Shown here: in pieces, positions 10,065-19,739 of the stretch
Numbering within the stretch: position 1 is the stretch's first letter
Layout: each line of letters opens with the position of its first letter
Source of the DNA: Promethearchaeota archaeon
Lineage (GTDB): Archaea; Asgardarchaeota; Lokiarchaeia; Sigyniarchaeales; SOKP01
Assembly (NCBI GenBank): GCA_048940925.1
Contig: JBHLOC010000025.1
Coordinates: 1-64,000, forward strand
DNA length: 64,000 bases
Direction: 5' to 3'
Notes under the pieces: generated by a model
What the model saw: only the letters and a program-made list of their open reading frames with translations
What the model was told of the DNA's origin: nothing
Databases searched by the model: none
Position numbers and translations under genes: made by a program

Positions 10065-10246
10065 TTATCAATCAAAATTTTTAATTTGTGATTCAGTAAA
10101 AAGAAATAGTAAAATCGAATAAGAAAGATCATTAAAATTTTTAACGTTCTTGCTGTGAAATTAAAAACTGTAGATTTTAATTAGATTTATTAAACGCTGT
10201 TTATTTACAATATTAATTGATTCTACGATTATCAGTTTAAAATAGA

Positions 10247-11551
10247 ATGGATCTTATATTATTAATAATAATTTTTGTTATTTTCGGAATTGTTATTCTA
10301 AGTTATACGAGATCAAATCTAGATTTTGTCGCCATCTCTCTTTTATGTTGTTTTATAGCAGCATCAATTACATTTGTAGTAAAAGGAACAGATCTACATA
10401 CGTTTATTGTTAGTATTGAATGGCCAGCAATTCTTATTATATTAAGTATGAGTATCATAACTAAAATTGCTCAAGATTCTAATATTTTAGAATATGTTGC
10501 CGTAAAACTTTTTAAAATATCTAATGGAGACCAAAGGATTTTCTTTTGGCTTTTATGTATAATAACAACGTTGTTAGCAGCAATTATAAGTGATGTAGTT
10601 GTGGTGTTAATATTAGCACCTATTGTAATTCGACTCTGCAACTTCTTAAAAATAAGATCTGGGACATATCTATTAGGAATGACAATCTGTATCAATATTG
10701 GTTCAATAATTACTCCATTTTCAAGTGGAGAAAATATTATTATCTCAACGGCTTTTAATCTTGATACACTTTATTTTATTCAGTATTTTTGGATTTTTTC
10801 ATTTTTGTTACTTTTTTTAACTATATTTTTAATAGATAAGTTTATTCTCTCAAAAGAACCAAAAATAGAGGAACAACAGAAGAGATTTGTCATAGATTTA
10901 ATAGACACAGATGTTATGGTTAAAAATAAAAAAATGTTTTATCTTAATAGCATCGCTATTATTACAATGATTATTTTATTTGTTGCCCTACCTGTACCCC
11001 TATATCTAACAGCAGTCGTTTCAACTTTAATTTTAGTCCTAGTTAATAGGAAATTTACTAAAAAACCTATGAGTGAACTATTAAAAGATATTGAATGGGA
11101 AATCATATTCTTCTTTATCTCCTTGTATGTTATCATTGAATGTCTTATTCAGGCAGGATTTACTGAAATTTTTACTAATTTACCTTTTCGAGAATTAAAT
11201 CCAATTTTTTTATCATTCTTGATTTTAATTATTGTGAGTTTTGTGAGTGGATTTGTTGCAAATACTCCTACTGCATTAATTTTTAATACCATAATCATGA
11301 CTTTAATTGCAGCTCCAAATTATTTTGAACCAGTTCCATTATTATTTGCTTTTATAATAGGGATAAATCTCGGTGGAAATATTATACCTCAAGGTGCTGC
11401 CTGTGATATGATGACTTTAAAAATCGCACAAGATTCAGGGGTAGATAATCTAAATTATAAACGCTTACTAAAAACTGGAGCTACTTTTGCTTTCATACAT
11501 ATTGGACTCGCAGCTTTCTACTTAATTATTTTATCAGCAATTTTTGTCTAA
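10247..11551 (+). CDS. ArsB/NhaD/CitM (IT superfamily) permease
   Basis: Many TM helices with repeated motifs NIGSIITPFSSGENII and NLGGNIIPQGAACD. Confidence 0.85.
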   Translation: MDLILLIIIFVIFGIVILSYTRSNLDFVAISLLCCFIAASITFVVKGTDLHTFIVSIEWPAILIILSMSIITKIAQDSNILEYVAVKLFKISNGDQRIFFWLLCIITTLLAAIISDVVVVLILAPIVIRLCNFLKIRSGTYLLGMTICINIGSIITPFSSGENIIISTAFNLDTLYFIQYFWIFSFLLLFLTIFLIDKFILSKEPKIEEQQKRFVIDLIDTDVMVKNKKMFYLNSIAIITMIILFVALPVPLYLTAVVSTLILVLVNRKFTKKPMSELLKDIEWEIIFFFISLYVIIECLIQAGFTEIFTNLPFRELNPIFLSFLILIIVSFVSGFVANTPTALIFNTIIMTLIAAPNYFEPVPLLFAFIIGINLGGNIIPQGAACDMMTLKIAQDSGVDNLNYKRLLKTGATFAFIHIGLAAFYLIILSAIFV

Positions 11552-11612
11552 TAAGAAAGAGAGAAAGCATATTAAAAAGTTAGGTTTCCTCGCAAAATTT
11601 ATTTACTTTAAT

Positions 11613-12140
11613 CTATTTTATTCCTTGGTCATCTATAATAAGATGTGTGAGATCAAAGAAAGCCTTTTCAACATTTTCCCCTGTTTTAGCTGAAGTCTCA
11701 ATATATAAACATTCTTTATTTTTAACATATTTTTCTACTTCATCCCTATCAATAATTTGTCCTATTTCAGGAATTAAATCAGTTTTATTACCTATTATTA
11801 CTTTTGGAATGTCATTTTTCATAATACTCCGCATTTCTGAGAGCCAACTCTTCATACCTGTAAATGTATGTTGCCTTGAAAGATCAAATACTAGCATTGC
11901 ACCCTGTGCACCATCATAAAAACTTCGATGTAGAAATTTAAATCGCTCTTGGCCTCCTATATCCCAAATATGGAGTTTAATTAATTTTGATGGTTGAAAT
12001 TCCACGGTCTTAGTTAAAAAGTCAACTCCAATAGTTAATTTATATTTCAAAGTAAATTCATTATGAACAAATCTGTTTAACAAACTTGTTTTACCAACCG
12101 CACTTGGCCCAACAATTATAACCTTAAAAGTGAATTCCAT
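11613..12140 (-). CDS. Rab-like small GTPase
   Basis: G1 GPSAVGKTS, TIGVDF, WDIGGQERF, GNKTD, ETSAK; no C-terminal prenylation cysteines. Confidence 0.95.
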   Translation of the reverse strand: MEFTFKVIIVGPSAVGKTSLLNRFVHNEFTLKYKLTIGVDFLTKTVEFQPSKLIKLHIWDIGGQERFKFLHRSFYDGAQGAMLVFDLSRQHTFTGMKSWLSEMRSIMKNDIPKVIIGNKTDLIPEIGQIIDRDEVEKYVKNKECLYIETSAKTGENVEKAFFDLTHLIIDDQGIK

Positions 12141-12287
12141 GATAGTTTTTAGTCTAAGTAGTTTATTAGATTTATAATTATATTTTTTGTTTTTAAATTT
12201 ACTCTAAAGCGTAATTAGATATATATTAAATTTAACCATTATTTTTAGTTCAATGAAAAAGTAGGATTTAAAAAAGAGTTAAAAATA

Positions 12288-13538
12288 TTATAACCAACCT
12301 CTAAGCCGCATAGCGTTAATAACACGCTCAACAGCAATAATATATGCTCCCATTCTATTATGAGTGCTAAATTTATTTGCTTGTTCTACAGTAGAACGAT
12401 AAGCGCGCGTCATTACTCTATCTAATGCCTCAAAAACTTCAGTTTCTGTCCAAAAGTAACGATAATAACCTTGAACCATTTCAAAATAAGATACAGTAAC
12501 CCCTCCTGCGTTACACAAAAAGTCAGGAATAACAATTATCCCCTTTTCAAAGAGAGTTGTATCAGCATCTGGTGTAGTTGGTCCATTTGCTAATTCTGCA
12601 ATAATTTTAGTATTTATATTATCAACATTATTTCTTGTTATGACATTTTCAAGTGCTGCAGGTACTAATACATCACATTCTAATTCCAACAATTCTTCAT
12701 TTGTGATATCCTTTGTCCCTTTTGCTCCCACAACTGATCTTGTCTTTTCTTTATGTTCAGCAGCCATATAAGGATCTATCCCCCCTTCATTATAGATACC
12801 TCCTTTAGAATCAGATACTGCTATGACTTTGCAGCCAAACTCATCATTTAATAGTTTTGCAGCCCATGAACCAGCATTACCATAACCTTGAACTACTACT
12901 TTAGCCCCGTTTAAGTTAAGTCCAATATCTTTTGCAGCTTCTCGTATAGCAAATACTCCTCCTTTTGCTGTTGCTATTGATCTTCCAGCGCTACCTCCCA
13001 ATGGTAAAGGTTTACCAGTAATTACAGAAGGAGCATGCCTACGGACAATTTTTTCATATTCATCTTGCATCCATGCCATTATTTGAGGATTTGTATAAAC
13101 ATCTGGTGCAGGAACATCTATATTGGGTCCTATAAAATCAGCAAGTTGTCTAATATAATTTCGGGCAAGACTTTCAAGCTCTCTATTACTCATAGCTTTT
13201 GGATTGCATATTATTCCTCCTTTAGCTCCACCAAGAGGAATATCCACACATGCAGTCTTCCACGTCATCCAAGCTGATAGTGCTTTTACTAATGAAGCAC
13301 TTTCATCTGGATGCCATCTTATTCCGCCTTTCATTGGGCCTCTAGCAGAATTATATTGACTCCTGAAACCCTTAAATGTCTTTATCGAACCATCATCCAT
13401 TTTCATAGTTATTTTTATTTCTACAAACCTTTCAGGTTCACTTAAAGCATTATAAATTTCACTATCATATCCACTAATTTGACATGCATCATAGAGTTGT
13501 TTTTGGCTAATCTTAAAAGGATCCAACTCTTCACTCAT
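12288..13538 (-). CDS. gdhA: Glutamate dehydrogenase
   Basis: [45 protein letters not shown] 13538 preferred over upstream TTG 13559. Confidence 0.95.
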   Translation of the reverse strand: MSEELDPFKISQKQLYDACQISGYDSEIYNALSEPERFVEIKITMKMDDGSIKTFKGFRSQYNSARGPMKGGIRWHPDESASLVKALSAWMTWKTACVDIPLGGAKGGIICNPKAMSNRELESLARNYIRQLADFIGPNIDVPAPDVYTNPQIMAWMQDEYEKIVRRHAPSVITGKPLPLGGSAGRSIATAKGGVFAIREAAKDIGLNLNGAKVVVQGYGNAGSWAAKLLNDEFGCKVIAVSDSKGGIYNEGGIDPYMAAEHKEKTRSVVGAKGTKDITNEELLELECDVLVPAALENVITRNNVDNINTKIIAELANGPTTPDADTTLFEKGIIVIPDFLCNAGGVTVSYFEMVQGYYRYFWTETEVFEALDRVMTRAYRSTVEQANKFSTHNRMGAYIIAVERVINAMRLRGWL

Positions 13539-13779
13539 CTTAAATTTCACTCTCGTCAATTATACCAATAATAAATTTGAATAATTTTCAATTTCAGGTA
13601 TATAAAAGATAATTATTCTGAATAAATTTGTATTTTTTATTATTTAATTTGATTAATAATTTATGATATAAAATAATAGCAATAAATCTTTTCTATGGGA
13701 AAGATTTGGGAAATTAGAATTTCGGATGTTAAAAGATTGTAATGATTACAATAACCAAGGTCTTAAATTTAAATTATAT

Positions 13780-16524
13780 TTAGCAACTATGTTGATTTTC
13801 GTCTAATCTGAATTTATGACTCAAATATTCGTCTATAGCTATTGCTGCTTTTTTTCCTCCTCCCATAGCTGAAATAACAGTGGCAGAGCCTGTAACTATA
13901 TCTCCCCCTGCATAGATACCTTCTAAATTAGTATTACTATTTTCATCAGTCTCAATATATCCCCATTTATCAAGCTTTAATTCTGGAAGTGATTTAATTA
14001 ATATCGGATTAGGAGTAGTGCCTATAGCTATTATGACAGTATCTGTTTCTATGGTATATTCAGAATTTTCAATTGGTATCGGTCTACGACGGTCAGATTC
14101 ATCAGGTTCACCTAAACGCATTTTAATAACCTCCATTTCTTTTACAGATTCATTTTTATCTCCTATGATCTTTTTAGGATTAGTTAAAAATAGAAATTCA
14201 ATTCCCTCTTCAATAGCATGATGATATTCCTCTCTTCTTGCTGGCATCTCATATTCAGACCTCCTATAAACAACTATTACTTTTTTTGCTCCTAATCGTT
14301 TAGCAACCCTAGATGCATCTAACGCAGTATTTCCTCCACCAATAATAGTTACAATTTCACCTACCTTAATTGGGGTGTCATATTCAGGAAATCTATAGGC
14401 CTTCATTAAATTGGCTCGTGTGAGGAATTCATTTGCTGTTAGAACCCCATTAAGAGTCAATCCTGGAATTTTGGGAAACATAGGAAGTCCAGCACCTACC
14501 CCAATAAAAAATGCTTCAAATCCCAGTTGCTTTAATTCTTCTAAAGTTAGAGTTTTCCCTATAATAGAATTATAATGCATTTTCACATCTAACATTTTTA
14601 ATGTTTCAATCTCTTCCTTTACAATTTCTTTTGGTAATCTAAATTCTGGGATACCATATGCCAATACTCCTCCTCCCGTATGAAAAGCCTCAAATATTGA
14701 AACATCATAACCTCTCATAGCAAGTTCTCCAGCGCAAGTTAAACCAGCGGGTCCAGCTCCTATAATAGCGACTTTTATATTTTTTGGGGATTGACAATCA
14801 GGACATTCTTTTAATTGGTTTTTCCTTTCCCAATCAGCAATGAACCTTTCTAAATATCCAATAGCAATAGGCTCATCAAGATTATTTAATAAACATCTTT
14901 CTTCACATTGAATTTCTTGTGGGCACACTCTTCCACAAATAGCCGGCAATAAATTATATTTCTTTATTGCACGAATTGCTTCAATAAATTTCTCTTCTTT
15001 TAGCAATTTTATAAATTTGGGGATATTTATATTAACAGGGCATCCATCAACACATTGAGGATATCCACATTGTAAACATCTATGAGCTTCTAATTTTACC
15101 ATTTCTGGCGTTAAACCCTTAGGTACTTCATGAAAATTTTTTACTCGTATACTAGGGTCTTGTTCAATCATTTTTGGCCTATATATTTCCTTAAAGATTT
15201 TTTGCTTTGATTTTGCTATTCTTTTAAGAGATTGAAAATTATTACTATCCTCCATTATTTGTTTGTATTCAATTAGTTGAAGATCAATAGCCTTTTGGAA
15301 GATATCAGCACCTTTTTTGGTTCTTATAATAACTGTTGACCAACCGGGTTCAGACCCGATCGAACCGACCGAAATATCTGCGTGTTCTGAAGTAAGATCA
15401 TCACAAAAGTAACATGCTAACCTACTATATTTTTTAATTTCATTTACAGGTATAGTATAAATAGAATTATCTTTATGAAAAACAAAAAAGCGTCCTTTAT
15501 CGATATCCATTTTTTTAATATCATTAGGAGAGAGTTGAAATTCTGCTTTCAGAAGAGACTTAATTTGATCATAATTAAATGATTCCATGCAGAACAATCC
15601 TATTTTTAGAATAATATTTTGATAAAAAGAGTTATTCAAAGGATAAAGCATTGTCTTCTTAAGGGCTTTCATCATGCAAGGTGTTCCGACTACGGCGATC
15701 TTTTCATAATTCTTAGAAGAATTCAGAATTCTTAGGTTAGGAGTATTAGTATATTTGGTGCCAGAAGTTATTAACAAGTCTTTTTCATTGTCAACCATAA
15801 CGGGTAGAGGTTTATGTGGTTCGTTAGAAACACTAACTGCTAATGCAGCATCAATCAAATTTTCTCGAAAAGCGGTTTTAAGTAATGTTGTAACAATTCC
15901 TCCATTTTGTGCATTTTTTTTAATTTGATTATCATTAGTCTGTGCTGTATAGATTTCAGAAAAATAATTTAATTGTTCAGAAAATTTAACATCTATATCT
16001 TTATCCTCTCTTAATCTTTTTAGATTTTTTGGAAAGAAGGATCTTGGGCAACAAATAAAGCATAAGCCACAATTAATACATACTTCTTCTTTTATATCAA
16101 AAGAAGTCCCCATATGATGAATTGCATTGACAGGACAAATAGAATCACATAATCCGCATCCACAACATAAATTTTTATCTCTAATTATTGATACATTAGG
16201 AAATAACCCTTTATTCTCATTTTGCTCTATAAATTTTTGAAAAAATCTTGATTGTTTACCCAGAAATTTTAAACAGCCTAATTCTTTTAAATATTCTATA
16301 TTACAAATTAAAGATTTTTCTGTTATCCCTAATTTTTCCTTTAATTTGGGAATATCTATTGAACCAATTTTTTTTATATTTTCTAAAATTTTTTGTCGCT
16401 CTCTTTCTGCTTGAGAGAGGAGTTTTATGAATTCATTAAATTCCTTTTCATTATATCTTTCTGTTTTTATAATCTCATCTTTATTATCAAGGAAAACTCT
16501 AATTAGAGGTGATTGTATTTCCAT
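13780..16524 (-). CDS. Fusion: wHTH + 2x[4Fe-4S] ferredoxin + FrhB (F420-binding) + NfnB/GltD/SudA flavoprotein
   Basis: Ferredoxin CCGCGLCDSICP/CINCGLCFICCP; FrhB motifs GGIVTTLL, VGTPC, IGLFCMESF, ADISVGSIGS..GWSTV; GltD motifs RCLQC..PQCVDGCP, CGRVCPQEIQCE, GAGPAG, GGGNTALD. Confidence 0.9.
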   Translation of the reverse strand: MEIQSPLIRVFLDNKDEIIKTERYNEKEFNEFIKLLSQAERERQKILENIKKIGSIDIPKLKEKLGITEKSLICNIEYLKELGCLKFLGKQSRFFQKFIEQNENKGLFPNVSIIRDKNLCCGCGLCDSICPVNAIHHMGTSFDIKEEVCINCGLCFICCPRSFFPKNLKRLREDKDIDVKFSEQLNYFSEIYTAQTNDNQIKKNAQNGGIVTTLLKTAFRENLIDAALAVSVSNEPHKPLPVMVDNEKDLLITSGTKYTNTPNLRILNSSKNYEKIAVVGTPCMMKALKKTMLYPLNNSFYQNIILKIGLFCMESFNYDQIKSLLKAEFQLSPNDIKKMDIDKGRFFVFHKDNSIYTIPVNEIKKYSRLACYFCDDLTSEHADISVGSIGSEPGWSTVIIRTKKGADIFQKAIDLQLIEYKQIMEDSNNFQSLKRIAKSKQKIFKEIYRPKMIEQDPSIRVKNFHEVPKGLTPEMVKLEAHRCLQCGYPQCVDGCPVNINIPKFIKLLKEEKFIEAIRAIKKYNLLPAICGRVCPQEIQCEERCLLNNLDEPIAIGYLERFIADWERKNQLKECPDCQSPKNIKVAIIGAGPAGLTCAGELAMRGYDVSIFEAFHTGGGVLAYGIPEFRLPKEIVKEEIETLKMLDVKMHYNSIIGKTLTLEELKQLGFEAFFIGVGAGLPMFPKIPGLTLNGVLTANEFLTRANLMKAYRFPEYDTPIKVGEIVTIIGGGNTALDASRVAKRLGAKKVIVVYRRSEYEMPARREEYHHAIEEGIEFLFLTNPKKIIGDKNESVKEMEVIKMRLGEPDESDRRRPIPIENSEYTIETDTVIIAIGTTPNPILIKSLPELKLDKWGYIETDENSNTNLEGIYAGGDIVTGSATVISAMGGGKKAAIAIDEYLSHKFRLDENQHSC

Positions 16525-16525
16525 T

Positions 16526-17416
16526 TTAAGGAGTTTCACCTTCCATCTTTTCCATTGCTTTACATTTTTGTTTATATCGTTCTAATGAAATTTTTTCTTG
16601 CTCAACAAACCTATTAGCACGACTTAAAAGATTATCAAAATCTACTACATGACCATCAACATCTGGTCCATCAACACAAGCAAAAAGTATTTCTCCAGTT
16701 TTAGTTGAGAATCGACATCCTCCACACATCCCTGTTCCATCAATCATTATTGTGTTTAAAGATACATAAGTTTTTACCTTAGGTAATCCTTCAATTCCAC
16801 TAGTGAGAATAGAAACATTTTTCATCATAATTAATGGACCAATTGCGATAACAACACTAATTTTTTCTTTTTCTAACAAGTCTTTTAGAGGTTTAGTTAC
16901 AAAGCCCTTTATTCCCTCAGTCCCATCATTTGTACAAGTAATCACTCTATCACTAACGACATTCATTTTGTCTTTCCAAAATAATAATTCACGTGTTTTT
17001 GCACCTACAATTGATATAACCTTATTACCTGCATTTTTCAATTCTTTTGCCTGTGGAAAACATTCAGCAATACCCACTCCCCCTCCAACTATAACAATGG
17101 GATTTTCATATTTTTCAATATGAATTTTATTTCCAAGTGGTCCAATCACATCTAAAATTTCATCATCGACATTCTTATGTGAAAGCAATAGTGTAGATTT
17201 TCCAACTACTTGAAAAACTATAGTGATAATTCCTTTTTCGCTACTATAATCGGCAATAGTAAGAGGAATTCTCTCACCGGTCTCATTTATTCGAATTAAT
17301 ACAAAATTACCAGCAAATGCCTTTTTCGCAATTAAAGGGGCCCTTACATCAATTTCAAATAAAGTTCCACTATTTCCAAGCTGAATTTTTTTTAGTATCT
17401 TGTAGGGCATAAGCAA
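16526..17416 (-). CDS. nfnA: NfnA/SudB-type FAD/[2Fe-2S] subunit of an electron-bifurcating transhydrogenase
   Basis: ERIPLTIAD, GPLG, GGGVGIA, and MIDGTGMCGGCR...CVDGP (Asp/Cys3 [2Fe-2S] motif); abuts the downstream fusion gene. Confidence 0.88.
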   Translation of the reverse strand: MLMPYKILKKIQLGNSGTLFEIDVRAPLIAKKAFAGNFVLIRINETGERIPLTIADYSSEKGIITIVFQVVGKSTLLLSHKNVDDEILDVIGPLGNKIHIEKYENPIVIVGGGVGIAECFPQAKELKNAGNKVISIVGAKTRELLFWKDKMNVVSDRVITCTNDGTEGIKGFVTKPLKDLLEKEKISVVIAIGPLIMMKNVSILTSGIEGLPKVKTYVSLNTIMIDGTGMCGGCRFSTKTGEILFACVDGPDVDGHVVDFDNLLSRANRFVEQEKISLERYKQKCKAMEKMEGETP

Positions 17417-17510
17417 TTTTCAAAAATTTTAAATTTATTTTGGATAAATCCATTTTCTAATTGATGGAATATTTCAATGTAAAAAAAGAGTATTATTAAA
17501 TATATTGGTT

Positions 17511-17528
17511 ATGGGAATTACTTCCCCT
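17511..17528. promoter_or_regulatory. Palindromic operator ATGGGA-N6-TCCC(C)T upstream of nfnA
   Basis: ATGGGAATTACTTCCCCT; matches sites at 23054 and 29214. Confidence 0.6.
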
Positions 17529-17757
17529 ATGTCATTGACTATAGCCACGATAAAAGGTTTCAGATGATCTCTTCAACTTATTTTTAATTTCTAAAAATCA
17601 AATTTATAAAAGATTTTAACCAAGAAAAAACGAATGATTATTTCGAAAAATTAATTTTCTCTAGGAGCTTATTAAATATTAAATTTAAAATATTTTCATT
17701 GAACTAAATACAAATTCACCTAAAATTTAAAATTTATAAAAAAAGCTTGATTTTATT

Positions 17758-19317
17758 ATGGATAATGTTATTGTTCTAGATTTTGGAGGGCAATACTGTC
17801 ACTTAATAACTAGACGTATTAGAAACTTAGGTGTTTATGCTGAAATTTTACCTTTTAATACGGATTTAGACAGAATTAAGGAATTGATGCCTAACGCAAT
17901 AATTCTCTCGGGTGGTCCTGGTAGTGTTTATGAAGAAAATAGTCCAAATCTAGCTAAAGCATTTTTTCATTTTACCGTTGAACATAAAATCCCAGTCTTA
18001 GGGATTTGCTATGGCCATCATTTGATTATGCAAATGGAAGGAGGAAAGGTAGAGCCAAAAGAAAAAAAAGAATATGGTAAAGCAAATTTAGAAATAATAG
18101 AAAAGAGCGTATTATTCAATTCATTAGAAACAAATGAAATTGTATGGATGTCACATGGAGATCAGATTACAAAAGTAGCAGATGGATACAAAATTTATGC
18201 TAAAACGGAGACTTGTCCTATTGCTGCTTATGGAAATGAAGAAAGGATGCTATTTGGGGTTCAATTTCACCCTGAAGTAGTAAATACTCCAAAAGGAAAC
18301 ATAATACTATCTAATTTTATCTTTAAAATCGCTCAATGTAAAAAAGAATGGAAATTAGAAAACTGGATTGAGCGAACTATTGAAAGCATTAAAAATGAAA
18401 TAGGTCCAAATAATAGAGTAATCTTAGGACTAAGTGGAGGTGTGGATTCATCAGTTACAGCAGTTCTAATACATAAAGCAATTGGAGATAGACTTCATAG
18501 TATTTTTGTTAATAATGGTGTTTTGAGAAAAAATGAACACATTCAAGTTCAAGAGACTTTTAGAAATCGATTAAACTTTAAGAACTTTCATTATATTGAT
18601 GCTGAGGACTTATTTTTAGAAAGACTTAAGAATATTGAAGATCCTGAGGAAAAACGTCGTATTATTGGCCACACATTTATAGAAGTGTTTGAGAATAAGA
18701 CTGTAGAATTAGAAAAAGAATTCCCAGATATTAAGTATTTAGCTCAAGGTACTATATATCCTGATCGCGTGGAAACTAGTGCTACAAGTAATGCTTCTGC
18801 GAAAATTAAATCACACCATAACTTAACTCTCCCAGATAATATGAAGCTCGAAATTATCGAGCCTTTAAAGGATTTATATAAAGATGAAGTTAGAGAGATT
18901 GGATTGAAGGTAGGTATTCCAAAAGATATTATTATAAGACATCCATTCCCAGGACCAGGTTTGGCAGTTAGGATTATAGGTCCAATAGATAAGAATAAAC
19001 TTGATATAATACGAGAAGCTGATGAGATTTTAATCGAAGAAATAAATAATGCAGGTATATATGAAAACCTATGGCAAGCATTTTGTGTTTTTCTTCCACT
19101 AAAAACCGTAGGAATTATGGGAGATTACAGAACTTATGAGTATATGTGTGCTATTAGAGCAGTTGAATCAGTGGATGTAATGACTGCTAATTTCGCTAAA
19201 CTCAATATGGACTTATTAGAAAGAATTAGTACTCGAATTATCAATGAAGTCAAAGGAATTAATCGTGTCGTTTATGATATATCTAACAAACCCCCAAGTA
19301 CTATAGAATATGAATAA
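17758..19317 (+). CDS. guaA: GMP synthase (glutamine-hydrolysing), fused form
   Basis: LDFGGQY, GICYG, QFHPEV, LSGGVDSSV, HPFPGPGL, KPPSTIEYE. Confidence 0.97.
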   Translation: MDNVIVLDFGGQYCHLITRRIRNLGVYAEILPFNTDLDRIKELMPNAIILSGGPGSVYEENSPNLAKAFFHFTVEHKIPVLGICYGHHLIMQMEGGKVEPKEKKEYGKANLEIIEKSVLFNSLETNEIVWMSHGDQITKVADGYKIYAKTETCPIAAYGNEERMLFGVQFHPEVVNTPKGNIILSNFIFKIAQCKKEWKLENWIERTIESIKNEIGPNNRVILGLSGGVDSSVTAVLIHKAIGDRLHSIFVNNGVLRKNEHIQVQETFRNRLNFKNFHYIDAEDLFLERLKNIEDPEEKRRIIGHTFIEVFENKTVELEKEFPDIKYLAQGTIYPDRVETSATSNASAKIKSHHNLTLPDNMKLEIIEPLKDLYKDEVREIGLKVGIPKDIIIRHPFPGPGLAVRIIGPIDKNKLDIIREADEILIEEINNAGIYENLWQAFCVFLPLKTVGIMGDYRTYEYMCAIRAVESVDVMTANFAKLNMDLLERISTRIINEVKGINRVVYDISNKPPSTIEYE

Positions 19318-19545
19318 TTAAAAAAGATTATCTTCTTTTATTCTTTATTAATTCTTTCTTTTTTATATTCCCATGCTCTATATCCATGGATGAATAAACA
19401 TACAACAAAGCTATACAGTACATTCTTTTGCCCTGGTACTTGGACTACCGAGTTATCAGGCCGCGCAAAAAATAGTATTACTTATCCAACTAGAATTGCA
19501 GCAAAGATCAAGAAGTTAAAAGCATATCGGGGTTGGATACTCTTT
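19318..19545 (-). pseudogene. Degraded membrane-protein remnant
   Basis: RYAFNFLIFAAILVG*VILFFARPDNSVVQVPGQKNVLYSFVVCLFIHGYRAW: two TM-like segments with an internal stop and no clear start. Confidence 0.35.
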
Positions 19546-19739
19546 TTTTAGTAAAATAATGATTGTATATAAGATTGATGGCCTTACTATTAATTATAAT
19601 TAACTTTAATGCAAATTAATATCAACTAAAAAATAATCATTATTTAAAACCTTTATAAGAGAAGAATTCACTTTTAAATTCCTCCAGAAACATCTTAAAG
19701 ATAAAGAAAAGGTTTTTAATTTTTCTAATTTTAAACCTC

